DNA from: Candidatus Krumholzibacteriia bacterium
GTDB lineage: Bacteria; Krumholzibacteriota; Krumholzibacteriia; LZORAL124-64-63
DNA length: 35,926 bases
Assembly (NCBI GenBank): GCA_046484865.1
Contig: JAWOID010000021.1
Location: forward strand, 1-35,926
Reading direction: 5' to 3'
The notes under the pieces were generated by a model. It saw only the letters and a program-made list of their open reading frames with translations, had not been told where the DNA came from and searched no databases. The position numbers were made by a program, and so were the translations under genes. Below are positions 8,673-16,956 of this stretch, piece after piece; within the stretch, counting starts at the first letter, position 1; each line of letters starts with the position of its first letter.

Positions 8673-10238
8673 CTACTCCAGGACCTGCCGCACGCCGTCG
8701 ATCACGGTGCCGTCCACCCACTTCACGGCCGCCACCATCTTCTCCCCCAGCTGCGGGGTCGCCGGCTTACCACCGCAGATCTCCTCCACCTCGCGCTGGA
8801 TGTCGGCCAGCGGCCGGATGGGCAGGCTCGAGCCGTGCAGCCTCTCCAGCAGGTCGCGCCGCAAGGGGTTGATCGCGATGCCGCGCTCGGTCACCACCAC
8901 GTCCACCAGCTCGCCAGGGCCGCAAAGCGTCGTGACGCGATCCACCAGCACCGGAATGCGATCGCGGAAGCTCGGTATGGGCAGGATCGTGCACTTGCTG
9001 AAGAGGCAGTTCTGCCAGCCGCCGATGCCGTGCAGCAGGCGGCCGTCGGAATGGGTGACCACGTTGGCGTTGAAGCCGGCGTCCACCTCGGTCGCGCCCA
9101 GCACCACGACATCCAGCATGGAGGCGAAGTTCCCCTTGCCGTGCCAGTTGTAGCTCGTGAAAGGCGACGTGTTCACGTGTCCGGGGTTCTCCCGCATCGA
9201 GCGCACGCCTTCCAGGTCGAAGGTCTGCCCGTCCAGGATGTAGTCGGTGAGCCCTTCCTCGAGCATCTCCACCAGGTGCTGCGTTGAACCGCCGCGCACG
9301 AAGCGCGCCTTGATCCCCCGCTCGCGCATGATGTCGCGCAGGAACACGGCGAAGGAGAGCGCGGTGCCGCCGGCGCCCGCCTGGAAGCTGAAGCCGTCGC
9401 GGACGATCCCCGCCTCGTCGCAGAAGCGCGCCGTCAGTTCGGCGATGAGCAGACGATCCGGCGATCGGGTGATCTGGGTGGTGCCGCTGACGATCTGGCT
9501 TGGGTCGCCGATCGAGTCCATGACCACGACCTGGTCCACGTGGTTGCCCTGGATCTGCCAGGGGATGCACGGGAAGGGCACCAGGTTGTCGGTGACCACG
9601 ATGACGTGGTCGGCGTACTGGCTGTCCGCCAGCGCGAAGCCCAGCAAGCCGCACGCGGAGGGTCCGCGGTCGCCGGTCGCGTTGCCGAAGGGATCGGCGG
9701 TGGGCGCGGCGATCACGGCGATGTCGACGTGCACCTCGCCGTCCTGGATCGCCTGGTAGCGGCCGCCATGGCTGCGCAGCACCGCCATGCCGTGCATCTT
9801 GCCGCGAGAGCAGTAGTCGCCGAGCGGACCGTTCATGGAGCCCTCGATGTGGTGGATCACACCGCTCTCGAGGTGGTCGATCAGGGGCGCGTGCACCGGG
9901 AAGCTGGCGCTGGGGAACCAGCGCAGGTCCTTCACGCCGAGGTCCGCCGCCGCCTGGAAGACGGCGTTGGCCACGCGGTCGCCGTTGCGCAGGTGGTGGT
10001 GCGTGGAGATCGTCATGCCGTCGCTCAACCCGGCGAGCCGGAGGGCCGTCTGGAGGTCCGACACCAGCTTGTCGCCGTCCGGGTAGTCGCTGCAGGACTC
10101 GATCGGCGGCGCCGCCTTGCGGCCGGTCGGCCGGAACTTGCCCACGCCCTGGTACGGCACGGCGGGCCGGCCGTTGATCTCGGCCGGCACTGCGCGGCCG
10201 GCGGCGTTGACCACGAGCCTTCCTGCTGGGCTGCTCAC
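8673..10238 (-). CDS. citF: Citrate lyase alpha subunit (citrate ACP/CoA-transferase)
   Basis: GMTISTHHHLRNGD, LRSHGGR, FSFQAGAGG, FNANVVTHSDG, DVVVTERGIAINP. GTG start overlaps the upstream stop. Confidence 0.95.
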   Translation of the reverse strand: MSSPAGRLVVNAAGRAVPAEINGRPAVPYQGVGKFRPTGRKAAPPIESCSDYPDGDKLVSDLQTALRLAGLSDGMTISTHHHLRNGDRVANAVFQAAADLGVKDLRWFPSASFPVHAPLIDHLESGVIHHIEGSMNGPLGDYCSRGKMHGMAVLRSHGGRYQAIQDGEVHVDIAVIAAPTADPFGNATGDRGPSACGLLGFALADSQYADHVIVVTDNLVPFPCIPWQIQGNHVDQVVVMDSIGDPSQIVSGTTQITRSPDRLLIAELTARFCDEAGIVRDGFSFQAGAGGTALSFAVFLRDIMRERGIKARFVRGGSTQHLVEMLEEGLTDYILDGQTFDLEGVRSMRENPGHVNTSPFTSYNWHGKGNFASMLDVVVLGATEVDAGFNANVVTHSDGRLLHGIGGWQNCLFSKCTILPIPSFRDRIPVLVDRVTTLCGPGELVDVVVTERGIAINPLRRDLLERLHGSSLPIRPLADIQREVEEICGGKPATPQLGEKMVAAVKWVDGTVIDGVRQVLE

Positions 10239-11593
10239 GCTGCTCCTCCCCGGTTGCCCGTCGCCGGCAGCTCGTCGCGCCAGTCCGGCGCCAGCTTGCC
10301 GAGCGTCACCGCCGTCTCCACCGTCCGCACGGCCCGCTTGACCACCGGCGGATCGATCATCTTCGAACCGAGGGCCACCACGCCGAGTCCCCTGCGCTCG
10401 GCGTCCTCGAACGCCAGCACGATCCGCCGCGCGCGCTCGATCTCGGCGGGCGCCGGCGCGAAGGCCTCGTGCACCACCGGGATCTGGCGTGGATGGATGC
10501 AGCCCTTGCCCACGAAGCCGAGCGCTCTCGCCTCTTCCACCGAGCGGCGCAGCCCTTCCATGTCGCCGACGTCGCTGAAGACCGTGTCGATGGCCTGCTT
10601 CCCGGCGGCGCGGGCGCCGTTGATCACCTGTGCGCGCGCCCAGAACGACTCGCGGCCGTCCAGCGTGCGCTGGACGCCGATGTCGGCGGTGTAATCCTCG
10701 AGGCCGACGGCCAGCGCCACCACGGTGTCGGCGGCGCCGGCGATCTCCATCGCCCGCCAGGCGCCCTGGGCCGATTCGATGATGGGCATCAGCCAGATCG
10801 GCTCCTGCAGGCCGTGTGCGCGCTGGATCTCCTGCACCCGGTCCTGCACGCGGCCCACCTGGCGCGGGTGCTCGACCTTGGGGATCAGGATGCAGTGCAC
10901 GCCGTGGGGAACGATCCAGGCCAGGTCGTCAAGACCCGCGTCGTCCTGGTTGATGCGCACCATGCGCTCGGCGCCGTGGAAATCGACCGCGCGCAGCGCA
11001 TTGCGTACCAGGACGCGCGCCGCGTCCTTCTCCGCCGGCGCCACCGAATCCTCGAGGTCGAGGATGAGGCCATCGGGAGCGTGGAGGCCGGCATTGATGA
11101 AGAACTTGGGCTCGTTGCCCGGCAGGTAGAGCCGGCTGCGCCTGAGGCGGTCACGGCCGCCGCCCGGCGCCCTTCGCGTTCTCGCCGTCAGCAGGTAGGT
11201 GGGCCGCCCGTCCGGTGCTCGGTCGGTGCCGCCGCCGCCGCGCTCCTCCTCCTCGCTCTGATCGACGCGGTGGGGCTCCGGCGTGGCGGCCGGCGGCCAG
11301 GCCCGCCTCACGGCGGCCTCCAGACGCGCGGCGATGGTGAACGGCAGCGCTCCCTGATCTTCCACGGCCACGCGGGCGTCGGTCACGCCGAGCGCGCGGC
11401 ACCCCTCCTCGATCTGGGCGTGGATGCTGGCGCCGTACATGCCGGCCACCTTGCTCTGCAGCACGACCTCGAGACCCGCGCCGGCGGCCTTTCCGGCTTC
11501 CGCCCCGGACGCCGGCCCGCGCAGTTCCACCTGGATCCAGCAATCCGACCGCACCGCCGCGCCACGGCGGCCCGCCTCCCCCGTTCTCGCCAT
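10235..11593 (-). CDS. Fused citrate lyase ACP (CitD) and beta subunit (CitE)
   Basis: N-terminal AG..VRSDC, LQSKVAGMYG, VEDQGALPFTIAARLEAA (CitD). C-terminal LRRSRLYLPGN, LDLEDSVAP, IPKVE, GKGCIHPRQ, KMIDPP (CitE). GAAAGGA RBS. Confidence 0.9.
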   Translation of the reverse strand: MARTGEAGRRGAAVRSDCWIQVELRGPASGAEAGKAAGAGLEVVLQSKVAGMYGASIHAQIEEGCRALGVTDARVAVEDQGALPFTIAARLEAAVRRAWPPAATPEPHRVDQSEEEERGGGGTDRAPDGRPTYLLTARTRRAPGGGRDRLRRSRLYLPGNEPKFFINAGLHAPDGLILDLEDSVAPAEKDAARVLVRNALRAVDFHGAERMVRINQDDAGLDDLAWIVPHGVHCILIPKVEHPRQVGRVQDRVQEIQRAHGLQEPIWLMPIIESAQGAWRAMEIAGAADTVVALAVGLEDYTADIGVQRTLDGRESFWARAQVINGARAAGKQAIDTVFSDVGDMEGLRRSVEEARALGFVGKGCIHPRQIPVVHEAFAPAPAEIERARRIVLAFEDAERRGLGVVALGSKMIDPPVVKRAVRTVETAVTLGKLAPDWRDELPATGNRGGAA

Positions 11594-12162
11594 GTCCGTC
11601 CTTTCGGTACCCGTCGCGCCGGCGGCCGCACAGCCCGGATTCGCGGCCGGAGTGGCACCATGATGGAATGCCGCGGCAGACGTGGCAAGGTGCTTCACGG
11701 CGGCCCCGCGGGCGACTGGGAGAGCCGGCAGCATCGGCGCACGCCCGCTGGCGCTCACCCGCTCCTGCGGCCGACCCCGACCCGCCCCCCGGGGTGGCCC
11801 CGGCTCCGAGGATCGGGCCATCCCCCATTCTCCTTGCCTGGCCGGCGGTGTTTGCGACCCCTAATCATCTGCAAGATTCATTGACCGCACCGCCGCCGAT
11901 TGGGGATAAGGATGGTCCCCCAGTGTGCGGAACATTCGCCCGAGGCGAAAATGCGAGCGAACGGATTCGTTGAAAAAACTCCACTTAAGCGCGAATCAGG
12001 GGGATCAAGGAAGGCTTCGGGGACAAGTCGTGAATTCAGGGGACAAGTTGGGGAGAACGCTCTCGACAGCCGCCAATCGGCTGCGCGCGTCCTGATGTCC
12101 GGAATTCAACGTCCCGGAATCTGGCCCGTTTCTTTACCGCCCATTGCAGATCTCGCCGCAAG

Positions 12163-13614
12163 TCAGGCCAGTTCCGCAGTGACGCCCTTGAGCAGCTTCC
12201 AGATCTTCTCCACCGAGCTGATCTGGACCCGCTCGTCGGGAGAGTGGGCGCCGCGGATGTTCGGACCGAAGGAGACGATCTCCAGCCCGGGCGTCGTGAC
12301 CGTGAGCAGCCCGCACTCGAGTCCGGCGTGGATGGCCTTCAGTTCCGCCTCGGAGCCGAAGATCCGCCGGTACTGCTCGCGCGTGACGGCGAGCAGGTGA
12401 GCGTCGAGGTTCGGTTGCCAACCCGGATAGCCCTCGGGCTGCTCCACGCGGGCACCGGCGAGGACGCCCACGGCGCGGTGTTGCTCCACGAGCGCCGCGA
12501 GCGCGGACATCACGCTCGAACGGCTGCAGCAGACGATGCGCAGACCGTCGCTCTCGGTGCGCGCCACGCCCACGTTGGTGCTGGTCTCCACCAGACCCTC
12601 GAGGGAACGGCTCATGCCCTGGACCCCGTTGGGCAGGGCCAGCAGCAGATCGAGCGCGCGCCGGCCGTCGTCGCGCCGGAAGCAGGGACCGGCCTGGAAG
12701 CTGGAGACCTTCCAGGCGAGACCCTCGTCGCTGCCGGTCAGTTCCTCGCGCTGGATGCCCGCCAGGGTCTCGTCCACCAGCTTCTTGAAGGCGCGACCGT
12801 CCCGGCGGGCGATCAGCACCCGCGCGGTGGCCTCGCGCGGAATGGCGTTGCGCATGCTGCCGCCGTCGAAGGAGACCAGACGCACGTCGAGTTCCGCGGC
12901 GGCGGCCGCGAGCGCCCGCGCCAGCAGCTTGATCGCGTTGCCGCGCCCGAGGTGGATGTCGAGGCCGGAGTGTCCGCCCCGCAGGCCGGTGACGGCCACC
13001 TGGCGGCCCACCGGATCCCGGGGCGCCCGCCCCCGCGCCAGCGGCATCGTGAGCACCGTGTCGCGCCCGCCGGCGCAGCCGACGAAGATGGCGTCGTCCT
13101 CCTCGCTGTCGAGGTTGATCATCCGCTTCGCCGTGAAGAAGCCCGGCTCGATGCCGGAGGCGCCCGTGAGCCCGCGCTCCTCGTCCACGGTGAGCAGCAC
13201 CTCGACCGGTCCGTGCACCGCGTCCGGGTCGTCGGCGAGAGCGAGGCCCATCGCCACTCCGATGCCGTTGTCCGCGCCCAGCGTGGTGCCCTCGGCGGCG
13301 ACCCAGTCGCCGTCCACCCGCAGGCGGATCGGGTCCTTCTGGAAGTCGTGCTTCGTGGCGGCGTTCTTCTCGCAGACCATGTCCACGTGGCCCTGGATGA
13401 GCAGCGGCTCGGCCCCCTCGTGCCCCGGCGAGGCTGGGATCGTGATGAGCAGGTTGCCCACCGCATCCTCTTTCACCGGCAGGCTGCGCTCTTCCGCCCA
13501 TCGTCGGAACATGGACTGCACGGCCGCCTCGTTCCCGCTGCACCGCGGGATCTCGGACATGGCACCGAAGATCTTCCAGACGGCGGACGGCTGCAACTGG
13601 GCGCGGTCGGACAT
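12163..13614 (-). CDS. pepD: Aminoacyl-histidine dipeptidase (M20C)
   Basis: QGHVDMVCEK, TTLGADNGIG, TVDEERG, INLDSEED, GGHSG, IHAGLECG, HSPDE. Confidence 0.95.
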   Translation of the reverse strand: MSDRAQLQPSAVWKIFGAMSEIPRCSGNEAAVQSMFRRWAEERSLPVKEDAVGNLLITIPASPGHEGAEPLLIQGHVDMVCEKNAATKHDFQKDPIRLRVDGDWVAAEGTTLGADNGIGVAMGLALADDPDAVHGPVEVLLTVDEERGLTGASGIEPGFFTAKRMINLDSEEDDAIFVGCAGGRDTVLTMPLARGRAPRDPVGRQVAVTGLRGGHSGLDIHLGRGNAIKLLARALAAAAAELDVRLVSFDGGSMRNAIPREATARVLIARRDGRAFKKLVDETLAGIQREELTGSDEGLAWKVSSFQAGPCFRRDDGRRALDLLLALPNGVQGMSRSLEGLVETSTNVGVARTESDGLRIVCCSRSSVMSALAALVEQHRAVGVLAGARVEQPEGYPGWQPNLDAHLLAVTREQYRRIFGSEAELKAIHAGLECGLLTVTTPGLEIVSFGPNIRGAHSPDERVQISSVEKIWKLLKGVTAELA

Positions 13615-13773
13615 GGAGCACCTCGCAGACGAGAGGGGACGAGCGAGCAGGAAACCGTCGAGCAGGTATAGCGCCCTCCGGACGCGGTGTCAAACGCCGG
13701 TGCCGGTGGCCCACGAAGCCTGCCGCGGCGACGAGCGGCTCGGGCGGGACCGGTCGCGACGCGCGCTGCGCGG

Positions 13774-15894
13774 TCAGTGCTCCAGGTCGGCGGCCAGCGG
13801 CTGTCCCGGCGGCGGCCAGTTGCCCCTGAGCACCGGTCCGCCGCCCGCCGGCAGCAGCAGCCAGCTGGACTTGCCGTAGTGCGCGATGCGCCGGCCGAGG
13901 CCGGCCAGGCGCTCCGGCGACCGGGTCACGACGACCAGGTCGGTGACCTGCGGATGGTACGGGTCGGTGACCGCGGCGACCAGGTCGTGATCGTCCAGAT
14001 CGTGGCGCCGACCGTCCAGGAACACGGCGCCGGCCGCGATCGTGAGTTCCCCGGGGAGGTAGCGTTCCAGGCCTTCGCCGCCGGTGCGCACGAGGTAGTG
14101 GCTGGCCGCCTGGGCCGCGGGCAGGTCGGTGGCCGTCTCGCCGTCCAGCAACACGATCGGCGGCCCCTGTGCCACGAGACTGCCGGCGAACGCCTCGCCC
14201 GGCCCGACGAACTCCGGAGCGTCCGGCGGCAGGGAGAAGATCGGTCGTTCCTCCGCCAGGACCCGGGCGATGGTCGGTTCGACCTCGCCGGGCAGGAGGC
14301 GCCGGAAGACGTGGTGGTCGGGATCCACCGCCAGCCGGGTGGCTCCCGGCACCTCGAGCACGTAGTGCTGGACGGTCCGGTCCAGGCTCACCACGTGCTC
14401 CTGCGTCCCGGCCGGCGTGGTCAGCACCACCGGCACGTCCAGGACGTAGGGCGGGGCTCCCTGCGCCAGGGTGAACTCGACGCGGTCGCCATCGCGCCGC
14501 GCTCGCTCGAGCCGCAGCGACGGTGCGCCGGTGCGCTCGACCCACTGCCGGTGGAAGTCCCCGAACTCGCGGTCCGATCGCGTTGCGAAGGCTGCGAAGA
14601 AGTCGCTCCAGGCCGCCGGGCGGAACGTGAACCCGCGCACCACGTCACGCAGCGACTCCACGAAGGCCTCGCGGCCGATCATCCGGTCGACCATGTGGAA
14701 GACGAACATGCTCTTGCCGTAGCCGACCGCGCGCGTGGCGCCGCTGTGCCGGCTCTCGAAGGAGACGAGGGGGAAATCGGCGTCCGCATTCCGCACGTAG
14801 GCGGCGTAATCCTTGAGCAGGTTGCGCCGGTACTCGCGCGCCTCCGCGGCGGATTCCTGCACCTCGTAGTGGTAGTCGGCGCAGTAGACCGTGAGCCCCT
14901 CGCACCAGTTGCCACCCTCGTCGGCGACGAGCACCGAGTTGCCCCACCAGTTGTGGCAGATCTCGTGGCCGAAGCTCGTGTACGGGATGAACGGCAGCCG
15001 CAGCACCTGGCTGCCGAGCAGCGTCCAGCCCGGCATGCCGTAGCCCGTGGGAAACCAGTTCTCGACCGTCGCGAACTTCGCGAAGGGGTACGGGCCGAGC
15101 ATCTCCTCGTACATCGTGAGGTAGTGCCGGGTGCGCTCGACGTAGAGGTCGCGCAGCCGCGCATCGTCCTCGAGCAGGAAGGTGTAGACCGTCACGCGGT
15201 CGCCGGCGCCGGCGGCGGCCTGGCTCACGACGTAGGGCGCCGCCACCAGGGTGATGCCGTCGGCGGGATGCTCCGCGGTCCAGGTGGTGATCCGGCGGTC
15301 GCCGCGGACCCGATCGTGGACGAGCTCGTGCACGGTGCGCTCGCCCTGGGTGACGGAGTCGAAGCCGCTCGGGGTGTCGGTGGTGACGGTGTGCGTGGCC
15401 AGCGCGCCCGTGGCGCGGGCGAGCCAGCCGGCGGCGTCCGAGAGGTAGATCCCCTCGTCCGAGATCGTCGCGGTGATCTCGCCCCCGACCCTCTCGCGCG
15501 AGAAGGTGACGTCGGCGGTGGACTGGTGGAACGTGCCTTGATACGCCAGCACCAGCGTCCAGCCGTCGCGCGACCCGAACGGCGTCAGGTCGATGATCCA
15601 TTCCCGGCCGTCGTCGGAACGCCGCACGCGATCCGGCACCGGCTCGCGCCGCACGCCGTCCTTCTCCAGCACCACCTCCTCGACGGTGAACCCGCTGCCC
15701 AGACGCAGCTCGGTCACCGAGGACGGCACCTGCAGGCGGTCGACCACCTCCACCGCGTGCGCCTCGACGTCGAACACCAGCCCGACATCGTGATGCAGGA
15801 GCGGCGCCACCCCCCCGGCAGGCGCGGCCGGGGGCGCGAGCGTCAGGACCGCCGCAGCAAGGGCGGCCGCGATCGAGGAGCCGACTCGGGACAT
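13774..15894 (-). CDS. Secreted M1-family zinc aminopeptidase-like protein
   Basis: Signal peptide; GYGMP; HEICHNWWGN..NWCEGLT (HEXXH-X18-E); VGYGKS. Confidence 0.88.
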   Translation of the reverse strand: MSRVGSSIAAALAAAVLTLAPPAAPAGGVAPLLHHDVGLVFDVEAHAVEVVDRLQVPSSVTELRLGSGFTVEEVVLEKDGVRREPVPDRVRRSDDGREWIIDLTPFGSRDGWTLVLAYQGTFHQSTADVTFSRERVGGEITATISDEGIYLSDAAGWLARATGALATHTVTTDTPSGFDSVTQGERTVHELVHDRVRGDRRITTWTAEHPADGITLVAAPYVVSQAAAGAGDRVTVYTFLLEDDARLRDLYVERTRHYLTMYEEMLGPYPFAKFATVENWFPTGYGMPGWTLLGSQVLRLPFIPYTSFGHEICHNWWGNSVLVADEGGNWCEGLTVYCADYHYEVQESAAEAREYRRNLLKDYAAYVRNADADFPLVSFESRHSGATRAVGYGKSMFVFHMVDRMIGREAFVESLRDVVRGFTFRPAAWSDFFAAFATRSDREFGDFHRQWVERTGAPSLRLERARRDGDRVEFTLAQGAPPYVLDVPVVLTTPAGTQEHVVSLDRTVQHYVLEVPGATRLAVDPDHHVFRRLLPGEVEPTIARVLAEERPIFSLPPDAPEFVGPGEAFAGSLVAQGPPIVLLDGETATDLPAAQAASHYLVRTGGEGLERYLPGELTIAAGAVFLDGRRHDLDDHDLVAAVTDPYHPQVTDLVVVTRSPERLAGLGRRIAHYGKSSWLLLPAGGGPVLRGNWPPPGQPLAADLEH

Positions 15895-15928
15895 GCGAAC
15901 ACCTGCCGGTGAGGACCCAGATGATCGA

Positions 15929-16843
15929 TCAGTTGAACGGGTTCGGGTACGGCTGCCCCAGCTCGAACGGCACGAACTGGGCGCTCCGCTCCGGGCCCCC
16001 AGGCCGGGGCGCGCGGTCCGCGACGCGCCGGTCGCCGATCTCGTTCGCGCTCGCGCCACCCGTCGACGTCGTGGTCGGCCAGGTCAAGGTGATGTCGTTC
16101 TCGCCCGGCCGGATGTCGCGCGCGAAGATCCGCTCGTGCTCGGGCCCCTCGACCGCGATCAGGACGCTCTCGAGCCAGCGGAAGGTCCCTAGCGGGTCGC
16201 CGGCCGCGTCGACCTGCATCATGTCGTCCAGGTCGTAGAAGCCGGGGAAGAGCGTGCGGCCGCTGATGGTGATCCGCCCGTCCGCATCGGTGACGCCGAA
16301 GGAGTGCTGGCGCGGATCCATCACCACCATGGCCATGACGCGCTCGGCGCTGAAGAGCTGCGTCCCGGAACTCGGTTCCGTGCAGGACATCCGGACCAGG
16401 TAGTGCCCGCCGGGGAGATGCTCGCCGTCGGGCCACGGCCCGTCATGACCGTTCCACAGCCAGGAGTGCTGGCCCGGGTCCATCGTTTCGCTGGCGAGTT
16501 CGAGGATCTGCTCACCCTCGACGTCGTGGATGGTCATGGTGACGATGCACGACTCGGCCACGGCGAACGGGATGGTCACGCTGGCCTTGCCGGCGGCTCC
16601 GGCCAGGAGCGGGTCCAGCTCCAGCTGGGCCGTCGTGTGGTTGCAGAGTGCGACCGCGCGACCCGGCAGAGGTTGCCCGTCCGAGTCGACCACCGTCAGG
16701 TGGACCGTCGTCTCCTGCGGCAGCGGCGGGCCGTCGGGGCCGGAGTCGTCGTCGCTGCAACCGGCGACGCACAGCACCAGCGCGAACAGCGCCGGAATGG
16801 ACCAGGCCCGGAGACGATCGGGGGACGGGATCGAGTCTGTCAT
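15929..16843 (-). CDS. Putative lipoprotein with FlgD-Ig/T9SS-CTD-like domain
   Basis: Lipobox VLCVAG|C; internal TIPF..TIHDVEG..PGQHSWLWNGHD..LPGGHYLVRM; ends FELGQPYPNPFN. Confidence 0.75.
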   Translation of the reverse strand: MTDSIPSPDRLRAWSIPALFALVLCVAGCSDDDSGPDGPPLPQETTVHLTVVDSDGQPLPGRAVALCNHTTAQLELDPLLAGAAGKASVTIPFAVAESCIVTMTIHDVEGEQILELASETMDPGQHSWLWNGHDGPWPDGEHLPGGHYLVRMSCTEPSSGTQLFSAERVMAMVVMDPRQHSFGVTDADGRITISGRTLFPGFYDLDDMMQVDAAGDPLGTFRWLESVLIAVEGPEHERIFARDIRPGENDITLTWPTTTSTGGASANEIGDRRVADRAPRPGGPERSAQFVPFELGQPYPNPFN

Positions 16844-16956
16844 GCTGGCTCCTCTCGGTGGCACCGGAGGTCGGCGCCCGTGCGCGACGCGACCGCCGAA
16901 GATCGCCGATTGTAGCATGTGACCGCCCGCCGGGCACCTGCGGATCGCCCGCCGGT

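Noticed and set aside
11640..11700. TGGCAC/TGGCAA as a sigma54 promoter near citD-E
   Set aside because: No TTGC at the -12 position, and the orientation is opposite to the cit genes.
11850..12165. Possible dif site or structured ncRNA in the long intergenic region
   Set aside because: No XerD-arm match (TTATGTTAAAT-like) and no recognisable RNA family; only short ATCTGCAA/TTGCAGAT inverted matches.
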